From Batkoa obscura (taxonomy: Eukaryota), in assembly GCA_030770535.1 (NCBI GenBank), contig JASVEC010000024.1:496001-560000 (forward strand): a stretch of 64,000 nt of DNA, read 5' to 3'. The translations under genes were made by a program, and so were the position numbers. A model generated the notes under the pieces. That model was not told where the DNA came from and did no database searches. It saw nothing but the letters and a program-made list of their open reading frames with translations. Of the stretch, positions 13,831 through 27,637 are shown in pieces (positions within the stretch are counted from its first letter, which is position 1; every line of letters starts with the position of its first letter).

Positions 13831-15350
13831 TTTTTTAATAAATGATGCTTTGATTTTTCAGTTGCTTTTATACATTTTCTTAAATTGCTATTTTTTCACG
13901 GAAGAATTTCCGCATTTTATTCTGTCTTGATTGTTTCAAATATCTATTGCTCATATTCCTACATCTTGAAAGCCAAAAAATTGATCGCTTATACTTATAG
14001 CTCTTGTTTATCCATCATCAAGGCATCTATCTATTGGTAATAATCAAAATATCTAATGATATCATTTGTAACTATTTAAGAACTTTATAGTTTCAAAGTT
14101 CAAATGAGGTGTCGAATTCTTTAAAGTTAGAACTGCAAATAGGAAGTGATCGGGAATGGATTTGATTTGCTTGAATAAGCACTTTTAAAATTTGAAAAAT
14201 TTCCATTTAATTTAAAGCAACTCTATAATTAGACATGCGGATGGAAAAAATTAAGAATAGTAGCCATGGTCATATTTTTTTAATAAGAGAACTTAATTAG
14301 TGCTTTGAAATTTTAAGCTTAAAAAATGAGCAAAACATTGAAGGAAATAATTATTCCACATAGGCTCATTTGAACATAAGGTTCGATTTTCAATCTTGAT
14401 CAGTTGTTAAGGTTATGCGTTAAGGGTAAATAACATGAAAATCACTGCTATTTTCCTTCAATCTTGAAATAAGCAAATAAAATTTATAAAGCATATTTAG
14501 ATTAAGTAAAAAAAATACCTGGAAATTCAAACAGGTTTTTAAACTTTCTAATTTATACTAAATTTCAAGGATTCAAAATTAAATTAAATTAAAGTTATAA
14601 AATGCAATTAGAACGTTGACACTTGATTGTTTTTTAATTTTTTTAATTTTTCTAATGTTTTGACATAAATAATATTTGAAGCTTTTCAGCTAACATGTTA
14701 AAAGCTTTTTATTTAAAAATGAGTTGTAGAGTGAGAATATAAGAGCTAAGAAAACTTGAAGCTTAAAAAAGCTATTATAGAAATCACAAAAATTTAATTA
14801 TAATGAATTTTTAAATAGAATATAAGTTGTAAATATATACCCGAATATATGTAAAAGTTTAAGAAATGTTTTAATAGTAATAAAAAAATACTTTGAATGG
14901 TTTTTTTCCCTCTAACTTTGCTTATATTTTAAATTTAAAACTTTTAAAAAATGAGCTAAAGTCTCAAGTAAAAAGTATCTTATTTTGTTCATTTTCTCAA
15001 GCTTTTTGTTGAAATTGTTATTTTCCCTAACATTTAAATTGAATTTAATGTTGAATGATTTATGATGCAGATATTATATAAAAGTGATGGGAGTTATAAA
15101 TAGTATCTATACCACTTTAGCTCGATATTGAAATGCGATGGAAATCCGGTGATTAATACAACAATGAATATTATATTCTAAAATAGTAGAATAAATTATA
15201 ACTTATAACAGCTCAAGTTTTTTTCCATTGTTCTCGTAAGTTTTTATGAATTTTTCAAGCTTTCTTTCATTGATTTTAAAAAGTCTAGTATACTAGTCTA
15301 AAATGACAAGCTAATACTATTTTATATGTAAATGAGCTTTTAATTCATAT

Positions 15351-15449
15351 GGGAGTGTTTTTTTTGACTTCATTGCTTTTTCCGTCTTTTAAGCGCTATT
15401 TGCGTGGAAAATTTGTTAGTAAAATTCTTAAACACAAAAATACATCCCC
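15351..15449 (-). mobile_element. MITE copy
   Basis: Full length, ATAT TSD. Confidence 0.92.
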
Positions 15450-16014
15450 ATATAGTCATGAACATAAATATTGTTAATCTCTAGGATTGTATATTTCTTC
15501 TTTCATATTATTAATTCTAAACAAACTATACTCATTTTTTGCTTATTGTTGGTGAAGCACTTAGATGCATAGCACTCTTAATTATAAAAAGATAGCATTT
15601 GGTAAAATATATTTTCATAAAGGTAGTAAGTAACGAGTTATATATCTGTTAAAACATAAAATGCTTGCTTTATAACATATTAAGCTTCAATAGTTTATTT
15701 CATATATGTATTATATATATCTTGCAAGCTATTCAAGAGTATTAAATCAATATACCATTAATTTACTAAAAACTATGACAATAACAATATTGATTTATTA
15801 ATGAGGTCTTCTACTTATTACTATTAATGATAGATAGAAGTCCCCTTTACTAAATAAGTTTCCAGCCATCAAAGTTGCATCATTTGCTTAGTTTTAAAAA
15901 TTAAGGAGAACTTTAATTTACTGAAATAAATCTTCCAAATGTCAAAATAAAAAATAAAGATTTTTTTAAAAATCAGATAAAAAATAAAGCTTTATTCTTT
16001 AAAAATTTCAAACG

Positions 16015-16573
16015 ATGGCAATAGGATATATCACACGAGTAGAAAAATTTTCATCAGCGCATAGACTACATGCAACTTCATTATCGGATTCTGAAAATCA
16101 AGCCATCTATGGAAAGTGCAACCATATTAACTGTCATGGACATAATTATACCATTGAGGCTACTATTAGAGGAGAAGTAAATTCTATTAAATATTAAATA
16201 ATAGCTAAGTTAATGAATAGATTGATCATATAACTGGAATGATAATTAACATATCAGATTTGAAACAATGGATGAAGGATTTGATTATCGAGCCTCTTGA
16301 CCATAAGAATATTGTAAGTTTATAAATAGTATAATTTAAAAGTGATTAAATTTTAAGGATAAAGACGTAGAGTATTTTTTTGATAAACCTAGGTAAGTTG
16401 AGTGATCCATTTAAAACAAACATTGATATTCTTTTAGTACAGCCGAAAATCTAGCGGTTTTTGCATGGGAAGCTTTAAATGAAAAATTATTACCATTTGC
16501 GCCCAAAGCTAAGTTGTTCGAAATTAAAATCCATGAAACAGATAGAAATACTGCTTCTTATAGGGGGGAATAA
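16015..16573 (+). CDS. PTS: 6-pyruvoyl-tetrahydropterin synthase, 4 exons
   Basis: FSSAHRLH...CNHINCHGHNY motif; later exons encode TGMIINISDLK, LDHKNI, STAENLA and IHETDRN; stop TAA 16571-16573. Confidence 0.9.
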
Positions 16574-16967
16574 TATACTAACCTATGAACACTCATACTG
16601 ATTTAAAATTCAAAGATTTTAAAGATTAATAAATAATTTAAGATTAATTATTAATTAAATAATTTTCGTTAAGCTATATATATAAAGAATTATGTTTTTT
16701 ATTTAATGTATATAATATAGTGGCGTGTTAAATACGTATATATACATGTTCCATCAAGTTTAGTAAGAGATACATAATTTTAGTTTAGCGTTAATTTGAC
16801 TATGACTTTTTTAAAATCTGCTTTTAGAAATTCAATTTATTTTTAATTTATTCGTTTCTTGCTAATAATTAAAGAAAATAGACAAAAATAGAACTAAATA
16901 AATAGGTAAAATAAACGATATCTGAGATGTAGTTGAAATATAACATTAAAACAAAAAACAGATAGAA

Positions 16968-18462
16968 ATGCCACCTTACGAATATCCAACAACAATAGAA
17001 GATTACGATGAGGTAGAGCCCGAATTTGAAGAAAGAGGAGAAGAGTCGGCAGTACAATTGGGATTTATAGACAACAGTAATGAGAAGCGAGTTGAATATG
17101 GGGCTTTTTTAACCAAATTAGGAGGGTTTCCAGTAAGTTTTATATGGTATTTTTGTACTGGCTGAATGAATTTAAAAACATAAAGGTTTGGCTTTGTCCT
17201 GATAAATCGCCAAGTGCTGCAGATCTTAACTGCGGAGTTTGCTCTAAACCGCTCTCTTTTTTGTTGCAGATTTATACACCAGAAGATGATCCCCCAGAGG
17301 CTTATCATCGTGTACTTTACGTTTTTATTTGTAAAGCTAATAAGTGCTTAAAGGCTAATAGGAAAACTAGGTATATGATAAATTTATAACTGATTGTCTT
17401 TAATTTGGGTGTATTAAATTTAATTTTGATAGTATTAAAGTTATTAGAAGTCAACTTCCTAGAGAAAACAAGTATTATGTTTTAGATGAAGATAAAAGTA
17501 AGTATATTGATGGAGAAGAAGACGAGGAATTTTATGAAGAAGAAGAGTTTTGGAAGTTGAAAGATGATGTAAAAGGTATATCGAAAACAATCAATTTTTG
17601 ACAAAATTTATCTCAAATTAAATTTTTAGTGGAAAATCAATGTTGGGTATGCCATTTGCAAGGAGACAAAAGATGTTCGAAATGTCATTTAGCCCAATAC
17701 TGTAGTAAAGAACATCAAGTATTGGATTGGACCATTGGATCGCATAAGCATAATTGCGATAAAATAACTAAGGAAAATATAGAAGAATACAAGCAAAAAG
17801 TTAATAGAGTTGGGTTTCCAGAAAAATATATCGATTCAGAACCTGAAAAAAGTATAGAAGAAATGAAAAAAGAGACTATGAAAAAAGTGGAAAAGCTTAT
17901 GGAAGAGGTTACAGTCAATAAAGCCCCTGAAGAAGGCGATAGTAAAGCACTTGTTGTACCTGGTGATGAAAAATACGAAAATACTAAAGTAGAAGTGGAT
18001 GCTGCCTTTTTAGCGTTCCAAAGGAGGGTGGAGTTTGATCCTACACAAGTAATAAGATATGTGCGTACATACAATAAAGATGAAGAAGGTCAAGATATTG
18101 AGCCTCTCTGGGTTGGAGAACAGGGTAAACCAACTCCCTCTGATATCCTTCCTTGTCAAAAATGTTATTCTCCAAGGGTATTCGAGCTACAGGTGACTTA
18201 AATATTATATCTAATTGTATACTTTGTTAATAATCTTTAGATTATGCCACAATTATTAAATTATTTACCATTGGATAATTCTAGTTTTGATTCCATGGAT
18301 TGGGGTTCTTATTTTATTTATTCTTGCCCAAATTCTTGCTGGCCTGCAGAAGAAGGCTCATTAGATTATTTATCTAATGAATATGTTTATGAAGTGGCTT
18401 TTCATCAGGATTTTTCAGAGGATGGTATCGGTGAAAATATTCGTAAAAATCATTTTGAATAA
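16968..18462 (+). CDS. PDCD2: PDCD2/TSR4-family uS5 chaperone with MYND zinc finger, multi-exon
   Basis: VQLGF...KLGGFP/VWL, CGVC...LLQIYTP, HRVLYVFIC, MYND CSKCHLAQYCSKEHQ, C-terminal FELQ/IMPQLL...MDWGS. Confidence 0.9.
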
Positions 18463-18698
18463 AAGTAAAAATAGATTATTTAATAAACTGCTACAGTTTT
18501 TATATTGGATTATATCTCTATGATGCAAACTATAAAGCAATTTTAAATGGTAAGATATTTACCAGTATGTATAAAATAATTAGTAAACCATAAAGTCAGA
18601 TGGTAGTCATATTTTACATTTGAGAACCAGATTACCAAATCATGTTTTAAAAGAATATTATACGTTTAGTTCAATTTTTATTATATAGCAATTAATTT

Positions 18699-19187
18699 TC
18701 ATTCTTTCGAGGCAATCTTCTCTTTAAGTTTATTGTTTTCAATTTCCAAATATTCTGTTACCAACTTAAGTAAATGCAACCTAGTTTCAGGAAATTTAGA
18801 TATTTTAATAGTATTTAAATCTATGTCTTTATCTTTATCCTTGATTTCGTCATAGTTTATTCCAATAGCTTCAGATATCTTTCTACTATTTTCTTGGCAT
18901 GTAAGTTCTAGATCTATACTCTTGTTCAAATTGTTTATCTCATCTTCGATTTCTTTTAAATGACCCTTCTTGTTATCACACCTTTCAATAGCTTGATCAA
19001 GATTCTCATAGCTTGGTTTTTTAATATTTTCTCCCTCTTCAACCCTTTCTAATTGTGCTTCAATCTCGCTAACCAACGTCTCGTACTTTATTTCTAATTC
19101 TTTACCCTTATTGTCTTCTTCTTTTAATTTAGTTTCTATCTCCGTTAATTTCGATTTCAATGCTGAGATATGTTTGTCATTTTCCAT
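18699..19187 (-). CDS. Hypothetical coiled-coil protein
   Basis: 162-aa uninterrupted E/K/L-rich heptad ORF. Confidence 0.55.
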   Translation of the reverse strand: MENDKHISALKSKLTEIETKLKEEDNKGKELEIKYETLVSEIEAQLERVEEGENIKKPSYENLDQAIERCDNKKGHLKEIEDEINNLNKSIDLELTCQENSRKISEAIGINYDEIKDKDKDIDLNTIKISKFPETRLHLLKLVTEYLEIENNKLKEKIASKE

Positions 19188-19468
19188 AACTATATCTATA
19201 TATGTTACTTTGTTAATTCAATGCTATTAATACAGGTTTTGGTTTATTACTGACTGTAGCGTAGTTTAAAATACTCTTTTTAATCAAAGTTGATTTATTA
19301 AAATGATAAATTCAACAAAGAATCATAAATTTAGTATATTAGTGTTCTGCAGCAAATTTTAATGATTCAAAAACGCAAAATCTGGTTGACAAGCATTTTG
19401 AAAGAAATCCAAACTTCAAAATTACTTCTTAAATTTTATTTTTATTAGAATTAATATTATAGAACAAG

Positions 19469-20754
19469 ATGGACACTATAAAAGCAAAACCAGGCGAAAT
19501 ATTGAGATATGATTATAGAGTTAATAAAGACGAAGCTAGTGGCATGAATAAAAACATAGGCTTTAAAGGATATGCTTTAAAAGTTATGCAATGGAATATT
19601 GAGCGAGGGTATAAATTAGATCAGATAATTGAAGAGATTAAGCAGTTTGATCCAGATATAGCAATGATACAGGTAAATCCTACTTAAACGTTACCTGGTT
19701 AATTTATTTTGGAAGGAAGTAGATATTGGTTGTAAAAGAAGCTTACAGATAGATCAGATGGAGCATATTTGTAAAGAATTAAATTGGCTGGGTGGTTTTG
19801 TTACAGAGTTTCTAGAGCTAGAATCCGATATTAGATGTAACAGAGATCAGGTATTTAGTAGATTATTTTTTTATGAAGCTTTCTGAATTTTAATAAAAGG
19901 GAGGAGGAATTCATGGAAACGCAATTTTCTCTAAGTTTGATATGATGTTTGATAAAATAGAGCATAAATATCAACCAGTAAATTGGGAAAGTGAAGGTAG
20001 TAGTTTAAAAGAGCCTAGATTGGGTAAAAGGTATACTTTAATAGCGGAAGTAATAACCCCATGCTCACCAGTATTGTGTTATTCTGCTCACCTTGAGGTA
20101 TTTTGCGGGTTATCGCATCGAGTTTTACAGTTTTCAGAAATATTAGAGCATAGTCAAAAGAATTTAGATGAATTCCCTTATCAATTGGTTTTTGGAGATA
20201 TGAATACAATGGGACATTCTATTGCAAGATTATCAAGTAAATTTTGTAAGGATTCTTTTCGTTGGCGTTCAATTGGCCTTAGTGAATCCCTATGGTGGTA
20301 TGAAAACATAATGTCGTTTCATATCAGTGAAGGACCTTTTAATTTAAAATTATTAAACAGCCATCCGGAACTAAATAACCATCCAAATGTATTGAAGAAT
20401 GCTAGAAATCCTGGATTATTGGATCCTTGGCATCCAGACTTAGATATTACGCTTGATAATCCAGATTACTATGGTTTTTATAAAGCCAAATTAGATTGGA
20501 CTTTTTTTCGTGGTTTCGGGATATTATCTATGTTTAAATCCAATTTAAACTATCTTGCATCAGATCATTTATCTTTGAATTTAATTTTATACTTTAAAAA
20601 TGATTTATCACAATTTGAAAATTTAGCAAAATTTAAGAAAAAACATTCATTTTTTAGATTTCATCGATTTTTACCATCCGTTAATTTAATTTCTAGTATG
20701 GCAGTATCTTTTGCTGTGATTGCTCTTTTGGCTATCAGATCTTATAGAAATTAA
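19469..20754 (+). CDS. Endonuclease/exonuclease/phosphatase (EEP) family protein with C-terminal hydrophobic anchor, 3 exons
   Basis: VMQWNIERG, spliced QEVD, GNAIFSK, YSAHL, GDMN, KLDW and SDH motifs. Confidence 0.85.
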
Positions 20755-21494
20755 TTTGTTTGTTTAGTTGAAAGTTTTTTTATTTATAATTGATGCCGTA
20801 TTTAGATTATATACTTTTATTATTATTTTAATAATATAATTATGTTTAATAAAGGTATATGGTATATATTATCTGATAGTGGTTTAATAGTCAAATATAA
20901 TTGATTGATTCAATTGTCTGTTAATTTTAGTTTGAATTCTTCATATTTATACCACATAAAGTTTTTAAATTTTATAATTTTGTAGTTTAATATGTCTATA
21001 GTCAGAAATTTCTGAATCTTTGGACTTTCTTGACTAGAAATGTATATATAAAGCATGCAAACTATATGAGATCAAAGAGCACGTTAGCTAGAATAAGGAT
21101 TAAATTTAGAAATATCAAGCCAAGGCGATTAAGACACCACCAAACACTAATAAAAAAACACATTTAAACAAATTCAAGTACTCACAAGCTGCGATGTCAA
21201 CTAAGGAATAAATTATCAATGTTACTACAATCTCAAAGTTCTGTAAAAGACATCAGAACTTTAATAGCAAAGCCAATTTTTTTCCTAATGTTAGCAAAAA
21301 ATTTACAGTTTTTCCGTGGCCTAGTACACAATACTATTTACGATTAATCTTACTTTAATAGTATTAATATAAAATTACTGCAAATGTGAATAAAGTATAG
21401 ATTAAAAAAACAAAAGCATACTATTGACTATAAGAACAGAAAAAAGTAATATAAAGGATTGATTTTTCTCAAAATAAAATATAGGATCTCTGCT

Positions 21495-22920
21495 AACATT
21501 TTTATCTATAAACCCACAGCATTTTGTAAATTTAAAAGAGCCTATGTTTCTAAAATACTTTGAAATATAATCGACAGAAATAGCAATAGAACCGGAACTA
21601 GATATGTCTTCAGATGTTAGGTTATTGATGTGTGGCTTTCTACTAGCTTTTGATCTGGAAATGGTATATTGGTATCAAATTTATAATCTTCTAATTCAAG
21701 GTTATATGAATTAGGGCATGACATATCTAAAAAATTCAAAAACTCAGTTCCCAAAGTAGAACATTCAATTTCTAATGTTATTTGTGGGGATGTGTTTTTT
21801 GTTTAAGAATTTTATTACAATCTTTCCACTCAAATAGCGCTTAAAAAATGGAAAAACAATGAAACCAAAAAAACAGCTCTATATTGTTTCCTCTTTTTGA
21901 TGATTTTTTCAAGAGTACTTGCCCATTATACCATTCTAGAAATAATAGCTCACTATTGTATTATGTTAACTTTAAGCGCATAAGTGTAAGTAAATTGAAT
22001 GGAAGTACAAAAGCCTGTATATGCGCTTACCACGAACTTCTAAACTCAAATGATTTAGTTTTGGAAACATTTCATTGTTCGTTTGTTTTTTATATCAGTG
22101 CCGTCTAAATTTAATTTTAAGTCGGATCCCCCACTAAATATAAACCCATCTCCTTGTAGATAATAAAACAATTCAAGTTTTGAATAATTGCTTAAGTTTA
22201 TACATACTTCTTTTGCATCTATCATATCCAGATTTTTGATGAGTAAACTAGTTGGGTATTGGAATTCCTTGTTTAAAAAGCAACTAGACTCCCTTGATTG
22301 AAGCTTAATCCAATCTAGTTTAAGTACCTTTAAGTTACCAAACTTATTTAGCAATTCTTCAAAATAGGCAACTTTCCTGGAATAGCAATCTTTAGCTGCT
22401 GAAGTTAAAGTTGATGACAAAAGTGGTAGTACTGGATCTGTAAATTCATCGTCAGAACAATGGATTTCTAAACACCTTAGATGTTAAACAGCTTTTTTGA
22501 AAAGGACTTCATACATATTTATAAACCCTTCAGCTTCATAGTCATCAATATAACATATACAATAAAGATCTATTAATGAGATATATGTAAAATATTCCAG
22601 ATACCTAAAGTAGTTATCCAAAGATAAATGCCCCTTTGAAATATTTTAATAATTTACTGGGTAAACCACGAAACGAGGGAAGACTCTAGCATCTAAATAT
22701 CTAATAAAACGACCATACTTTTTAAAGGTACTTCTCGTTTCATCTTTATGCTTGTAGTCCTTTTCAGCTATTTTGACGCCTTCCTATATAAAGACGTGAA
22801 TAGTTTACTACATCTTTTACAGTACACAAGTATATTGATCTTATCTTTCTTTGAAAGGTAAGATAATATGCCTTTGATTATTGATTTTCCAATGTTCCAA
22901 AAGTTAAATGAGCTATTCAT
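21495..22920 (-). pseudogene. F-box/LRR pseudogene
   Basis: Starts MNSSFNFWNIGKSIIKGILSYLSKKDKINILVYCK, homologous to 642-2000; stops and frameshifts; residual ORF 22055-22420; MITE at 21786-21880; 3' end approximate. Confidence 0.8.
21786..21880 (+). mobile_element. MITE copy inside an F-box/LRR pseudogene
   Basis: Family consensus; eroded TSD. Confidence 0.85.
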
Positions 22921-23559
22921 TATAATTCCAGCTTATGCTATAAGAGTCAAAAAACAAAAGGGTATCTATTTATAAAAAGAGCTTACAGGAAAGATATCAA
23001 AAATAAAACAATAGCCAATTAATTAAAAATCAAGGGATTATCTGGCGTTTTGTCCCTTTAACTGGTTTGTTATTATTACTTCTTTCCTCAAAGTTAGTTA
23101 TACAAATTTCCAAATGATAATAAATTTAAGATAAAATTCTAAACTCTATCTTTACTTAATTATCCTTATTTTAAACTTAAAACTCAATCAAATATTTAGA
23201 ATCTAAATAAAAGTTAATCTTAAAATTAAATATTGGCATCTGATAAACACATCTGACTTAACCGCTTTTCAGATTTGGATTTTTACCTCAATCAATGTAA
23301 GTGCTCATACTTCATAAAAAAGATGTAACCCATTTTAAACCATTAATATAGGAGAATATGTCAAAGAACAGTAATTCTAAAAATCAAATATTTTATTGAT
23401 GCTCGCTGTAATAATAGAAATTGCCAATAAACCCATAGATACACAAAATATTTCTATATTTAATAACACGGGGTTATTAAATAAGATTTAAATTAATTTA
23501 TATAACTGGAATCTTTAATAAATATTTTTGCTAATTGATTTAATGAAATATGATGATAT

Positions 23560-23656
23560 GGGGATGTATTTTTGTGTTTAAGAATTTTATTAATAGCTTT
23601 TTCACTCAAATAGCGCTTAAAAATGGAAAAAGTAATGAAGTCAAAAAAACACACCC
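23560..23656 (+). mobile_element. MITE copy
   Basis: Full length, ATAT TSD. Confidence 0.92.
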
Positions 23657-23952
23657 ATATGATAGTGAAAAAGAGCTACAAAATATTTAATATTAATTGT
23701 ATTTCAAGAGCTGTAAGAAATTAATGAAAAACACGATATTTTTGAGCTATATCTGTAGTATAAATGAATAATAAACTGAATGATAAATCAATAGTCAAAA
23801 TAGTTTTTAATATCAATCAAAGAGTAGTTTTTATGAAACAATATTTTTTAAAATATGTCCAATAATAAACAACACAAGATGTTTATTTCATAATTAGTAC
23901 TAAAACATATAAATAAAAGCAAAGAAAATCATCAATATAACATAATCAAAAT

Positions 23953-24051
23953 GGGAGTGTTTTTTTTAACTTCATTATTTTTTCCATTTTTTGAGCGCTA
24001 TTTAAGCGGAAAATTTGTTAGTAAGATTCTTAAACACAAAAATACATCCCC
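23953..24051 (-). mobile_element. MITE copy
   Basis: Full length, non-palindromic AAAT TSD on both sides. Confidence 0.93.
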
Positions 24052-24849
24052 AAATGGTGGTTCAATTCGGTTTGAATAACCTTAAATCTTTTCATCATAA
24101 GAATGCTAATTTCTATCTATAAGCAGGACATAATGCTAATATTTCAGACTACATTGAAGAAATTTTGTAAGGCGCATTTTATGTATCAACGATATATGAC
24201 TTCCTCAGAAGTAAGAGCAAATCAAGTTTTGATTTTAATTTTACAACTATGTTATTTAGTTGTAGTATCGATAGAAATATTAAATTGAGTATTCAATAAA
24301 AAAGGTGGATATATCGCGATCGTGTTTGATATACTAGAGTGTGAAGGAACTAAAACAGATGATAAGCTAGAAAATTATGCCTCTAAGATGATTTTTCGAG
24401 ATACTCATTTTGTTCTTACTAGACGTTTAAACCAAAGCAATGTATTACCATTGGCCATGATTAGGATAGTGTTTTTGAGATCAGAGTTTTATTATTGTCA
24501 TCTTTAAAATATAATAAAATATATTGGTACTAGTTTACTGTATAGTCCCTTTATTAGTAAGCTAAAACTGAAGGAAAAGATCATAGAAAATCCCCCCTAA
24601 TTATTATTAAATATATTAATGGTAATATAATTTTTGTTATTGTATTATAAACTACATCAACTTTTTTATACTTCTGAATTACATATATAGTTAATATAAA
24701 GCACAGAGGACCTGAGTTGTAACTAATTAGTGCCATACAAATAAATTGACTGGTATTAACGACAAACAAAACCCATATTTTATTATTGAACTAAAGCTCG
24801 AAGTAAAATTAATGATTTAATTCTTTTATTAATAATGTTATCTATTAAA

Positions 24850-24915
24850 TTTTAAGCACTAGAAATTTTCCACTTATGAAAATAGAAAAAGTGATGAAAC
24901 CAAAAAATATTCACA
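24850..24915 (+). mobile_element. MITE fragment
   Basis: AATTTTCCACTT...GAAAAAGTGATGAAACCAAAAAA matches the internal and right part. Confidence 0.55.
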
Positions 24916-26467
24916 AATAGCAAATGGTTTGTAACTTTTATTTAGGTAGAAGAAACTACTAGCGTATTAATTAAGATTATAGTACTGAAGTCAATTAGTA
25001 ACTGGTTCCTAAAAAAGGGTATCATCAAGTTTATTAGATTTGTTTATTATCTTTATAATAGTAACTGATTTTTTAAAAATTCAGTGCTTTAGTTATTGGC
25101 AATACCATCTAGATCACCCACCAGACTTTAAACAAACTATAGTAAAAAAAACTATTGCTTCTCTTTCTATATAAGTGACAGTACTAGAACCAAGAGAAGT
25201 CTTTTGAAAGGAGTTACTTTACATTCAACATCGCACCAAAACTCACCAAAAAGTATATGAACTTCTAGGATTAAATTGATAGAAAGTGACAACCTTCACC
25301 AACCCTCAGTCTAACAAGATCTAGCTTCCCTACCCGTTATTTCTTATCCTTCAATTGTCTTGGGTAAACTAAACTTTCTGAATAGATGAATAATTTTAAA
25401 AATAACTCATACCTATAGTAGCTTTCATAAGCTTTAAAATTAATGATGTTTTACTTTAAAATCTTTTTTTAATTTATGTTTTTACTGTTTTTTACAAATT
25501 TTTATTCATTTGCTATTAAGTAAATGTATGATAGAATATGTTTATAACTCAAACAATATAACTATCCCGATTTTTGTCTATAAAAGACTTAAATAGAGAT
25601 TAACCTTACAAAAGTGAATTCTATTTTTAAAATTATTAAAATTACTCCAAAATAATATTTTATGAAAAAAATTGATAAAAATTTCGAATATTATTTACTA
25701 TCAATTATAGCAACAAAGTTATTAAGTAGACTTAATAAATTTCAAAGTTTAAAACATTTTCTATCTATCTGGTAAGCTTACATTATTAGGTGGAAAATGG
25801 GAGAAATTGTTGCTATTTGGTAAATTTAATATTTCTTGACTTGTATCTATTATTATCAATTATAGATTGAAGTACCTCCTTTTTCTTTTTTTAATGAAGC
25901 TTAAACTCAAGCTGAAATTTAAAAAAGATTTTAAACATTTTTCTTAATTTCAATTCAATTTCTATATAATCAAAAAGTAAATTAAATTTAGTATCAATTT
26001 GCAGCTTTATATTTATATAGTATACTTTTAAAAAAATATTAGCACTAAACTCTCGAGTTCATTGAATCTTTAATATAATATATAAAACTAACATTCCCTT
26101 TTATTCTTAGTTTCTTTTAAGGTTAACTCATTTATTCATCTAGTAAAACTCTTTATGGCATAATAAAAATATAAAACAATGCCATCGGATCAGCTGATTT
26201 AATAAACATTATCACAATAACTGAACAACATTTGGAGAAAGTTTGGGGATAAATGACATAATACACACCTATTAAATATTAATAAAGTTTAACAAATAAT
26301 ACTATACACTCAAAAGATAAAAATAATAAAGCAACTTTATTTTAAGTATTGAAACCAAATATATTAAAAGAGTAATTTTAAAGAGTAAATAAAAAAATAG
26401 TACCTAGCCTTGATGTTAGTCTACAAGGTACCATTACAAGTCAATTTAGAATGAGCTAAACATTAAA

Positions 26468-27637
26468 TTAATTGCTAGATTCAGCGGCTTTTGATTCTTG
26501 CTTGACAATGAAGGATGTAAGGTAGATACGGGCATTGTCAATTATTGGGATAGATTCTGTAGCAATAGCAAGTGCATTATTGGCTTTTTGAAGAGTGGTC
26601 TGATCGTCTCTTTGAAGTTCTTGAGTAACTTTAGTTGCACGCTCTTTAAGAGTGTTAAAGGCAGGTTCAAGTTGAGCTACCACGGTCTCAGGTAATTTAT
26701 TTGAGTTGTCATTAATATATTTATAAACAGAGTCTATTTCAGTCTTTAAACGTTGGGTAAGGTTAGATTGGGCTTGGTAGATTATTTCACCACTGGATTC
26801 TTTGATAGATCCAATGTTATCTTTAGCTTTTGTGATAAGAGTAGTTAATCCTTCACTTATAGAGGCAATTTCATCTGAAGCACGTTGGATGTAAGCATTT
26901 GATTCACGCATTTGAAGGATAGATCCCCCAGTAGTCACTGAAGAAATGTTATCAATTTGAGAACGAACAACCTTGACAACACGACGTTGAGCATCTACAC
27001 CAACATGGCGAAGTCTAGCGATTCCAGCATCTTTGGATAATTCTTCCTTTTCTTCGGTTGGTACTGGAAGGAAACGATCAAGGACAGCTTCAGCACTGTT
27101 AGCAACGGTAACAAGAGTTGAGTCAATAGCAGCAGTTGGAGTAGCTACAATTTGTGAGATAGCTTGCTTAGAAGTTTCATAAACCTCGGAAGAGGATTGA
27201 TGGAATACTACTGGGAATTGATCTTCCAAGTAATCCAAGGACTTGGAAGCAAGTTGATCAGCAGCATTAACTTGGTTAGGGAAACGGCTCTCGACGATTT
27301 CAGTAGCAGATGTGAAGGCAGTTTCGGCAGTATTATAAGCATACTTAATAAATCTATTATAAGTTTTAGTATCATCTTTTACAAAACCTTTGATCAAATT
27401 GAGTCCTTCAACAACCATTGGAATAGAATTGATACGATCTAATAATTTAGCTTCAGCTTCGGAATCTTTAGAAGATTCGCTGTTTGGAGAATTAAGGGAA
27501 GGGAATTCTTTTTCATTAAATTCAGGAATTTCTTGAGTTTCGGTTGGGGTTTGGATTGGGGATTCTGGGGCGGAAGCAACAACAACCTTTTGGTTAGGTT
27601 GAGGTTCAACTTGGGATTCTGCTTGAGTTGCCATCAT
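26468..27637 (-). CDS. Perilipin/CAP20-like lipid-droplet protein
   Basis: LLDRINSIPMV and ADQLASKSLDYLEDQFP PAT-domain motifs; amphipathic helical C-terminus. Confidence 0.75.
   Translation of the reverse strand: MMATQAESQVEPQPNQKVVVASAPESPIQTPTETQEIPEFNEKEFPSLNSPNSESSKDSEAEAKLLDRINSIPMVVEGLNLIKGFVKDDTKTYNRFIKYAYNTAETAFTSATEIVESRFPNQVNAADQLASKSLDYLEDQFPVVFHQSSSEVYETSKQAISQIVATPTAAIDSTLVTVANSAEAVLDRFLPVPTEEKEELSKDAGIARLRHVGVDAQRRVVKVVRSQIDNISSVTTGGSILQMRESNAYIQRASDEIASISEGLTTLITKAKDNIGSIKESSGEIIYQAQSNLTQRLKTEIDSVYKYINDNSNKLPETVVAQLEPAFNTLKERATKVTQELQRDDQTTLQKANNALAIATESIPIIDNARIYLTSFIVKQESKAAESSN

Noticed and set aside
14360..14400. GGTTCGATT as a tRNA T-loop
   Set aside because: No acceptor, D or anticodon stems could be built
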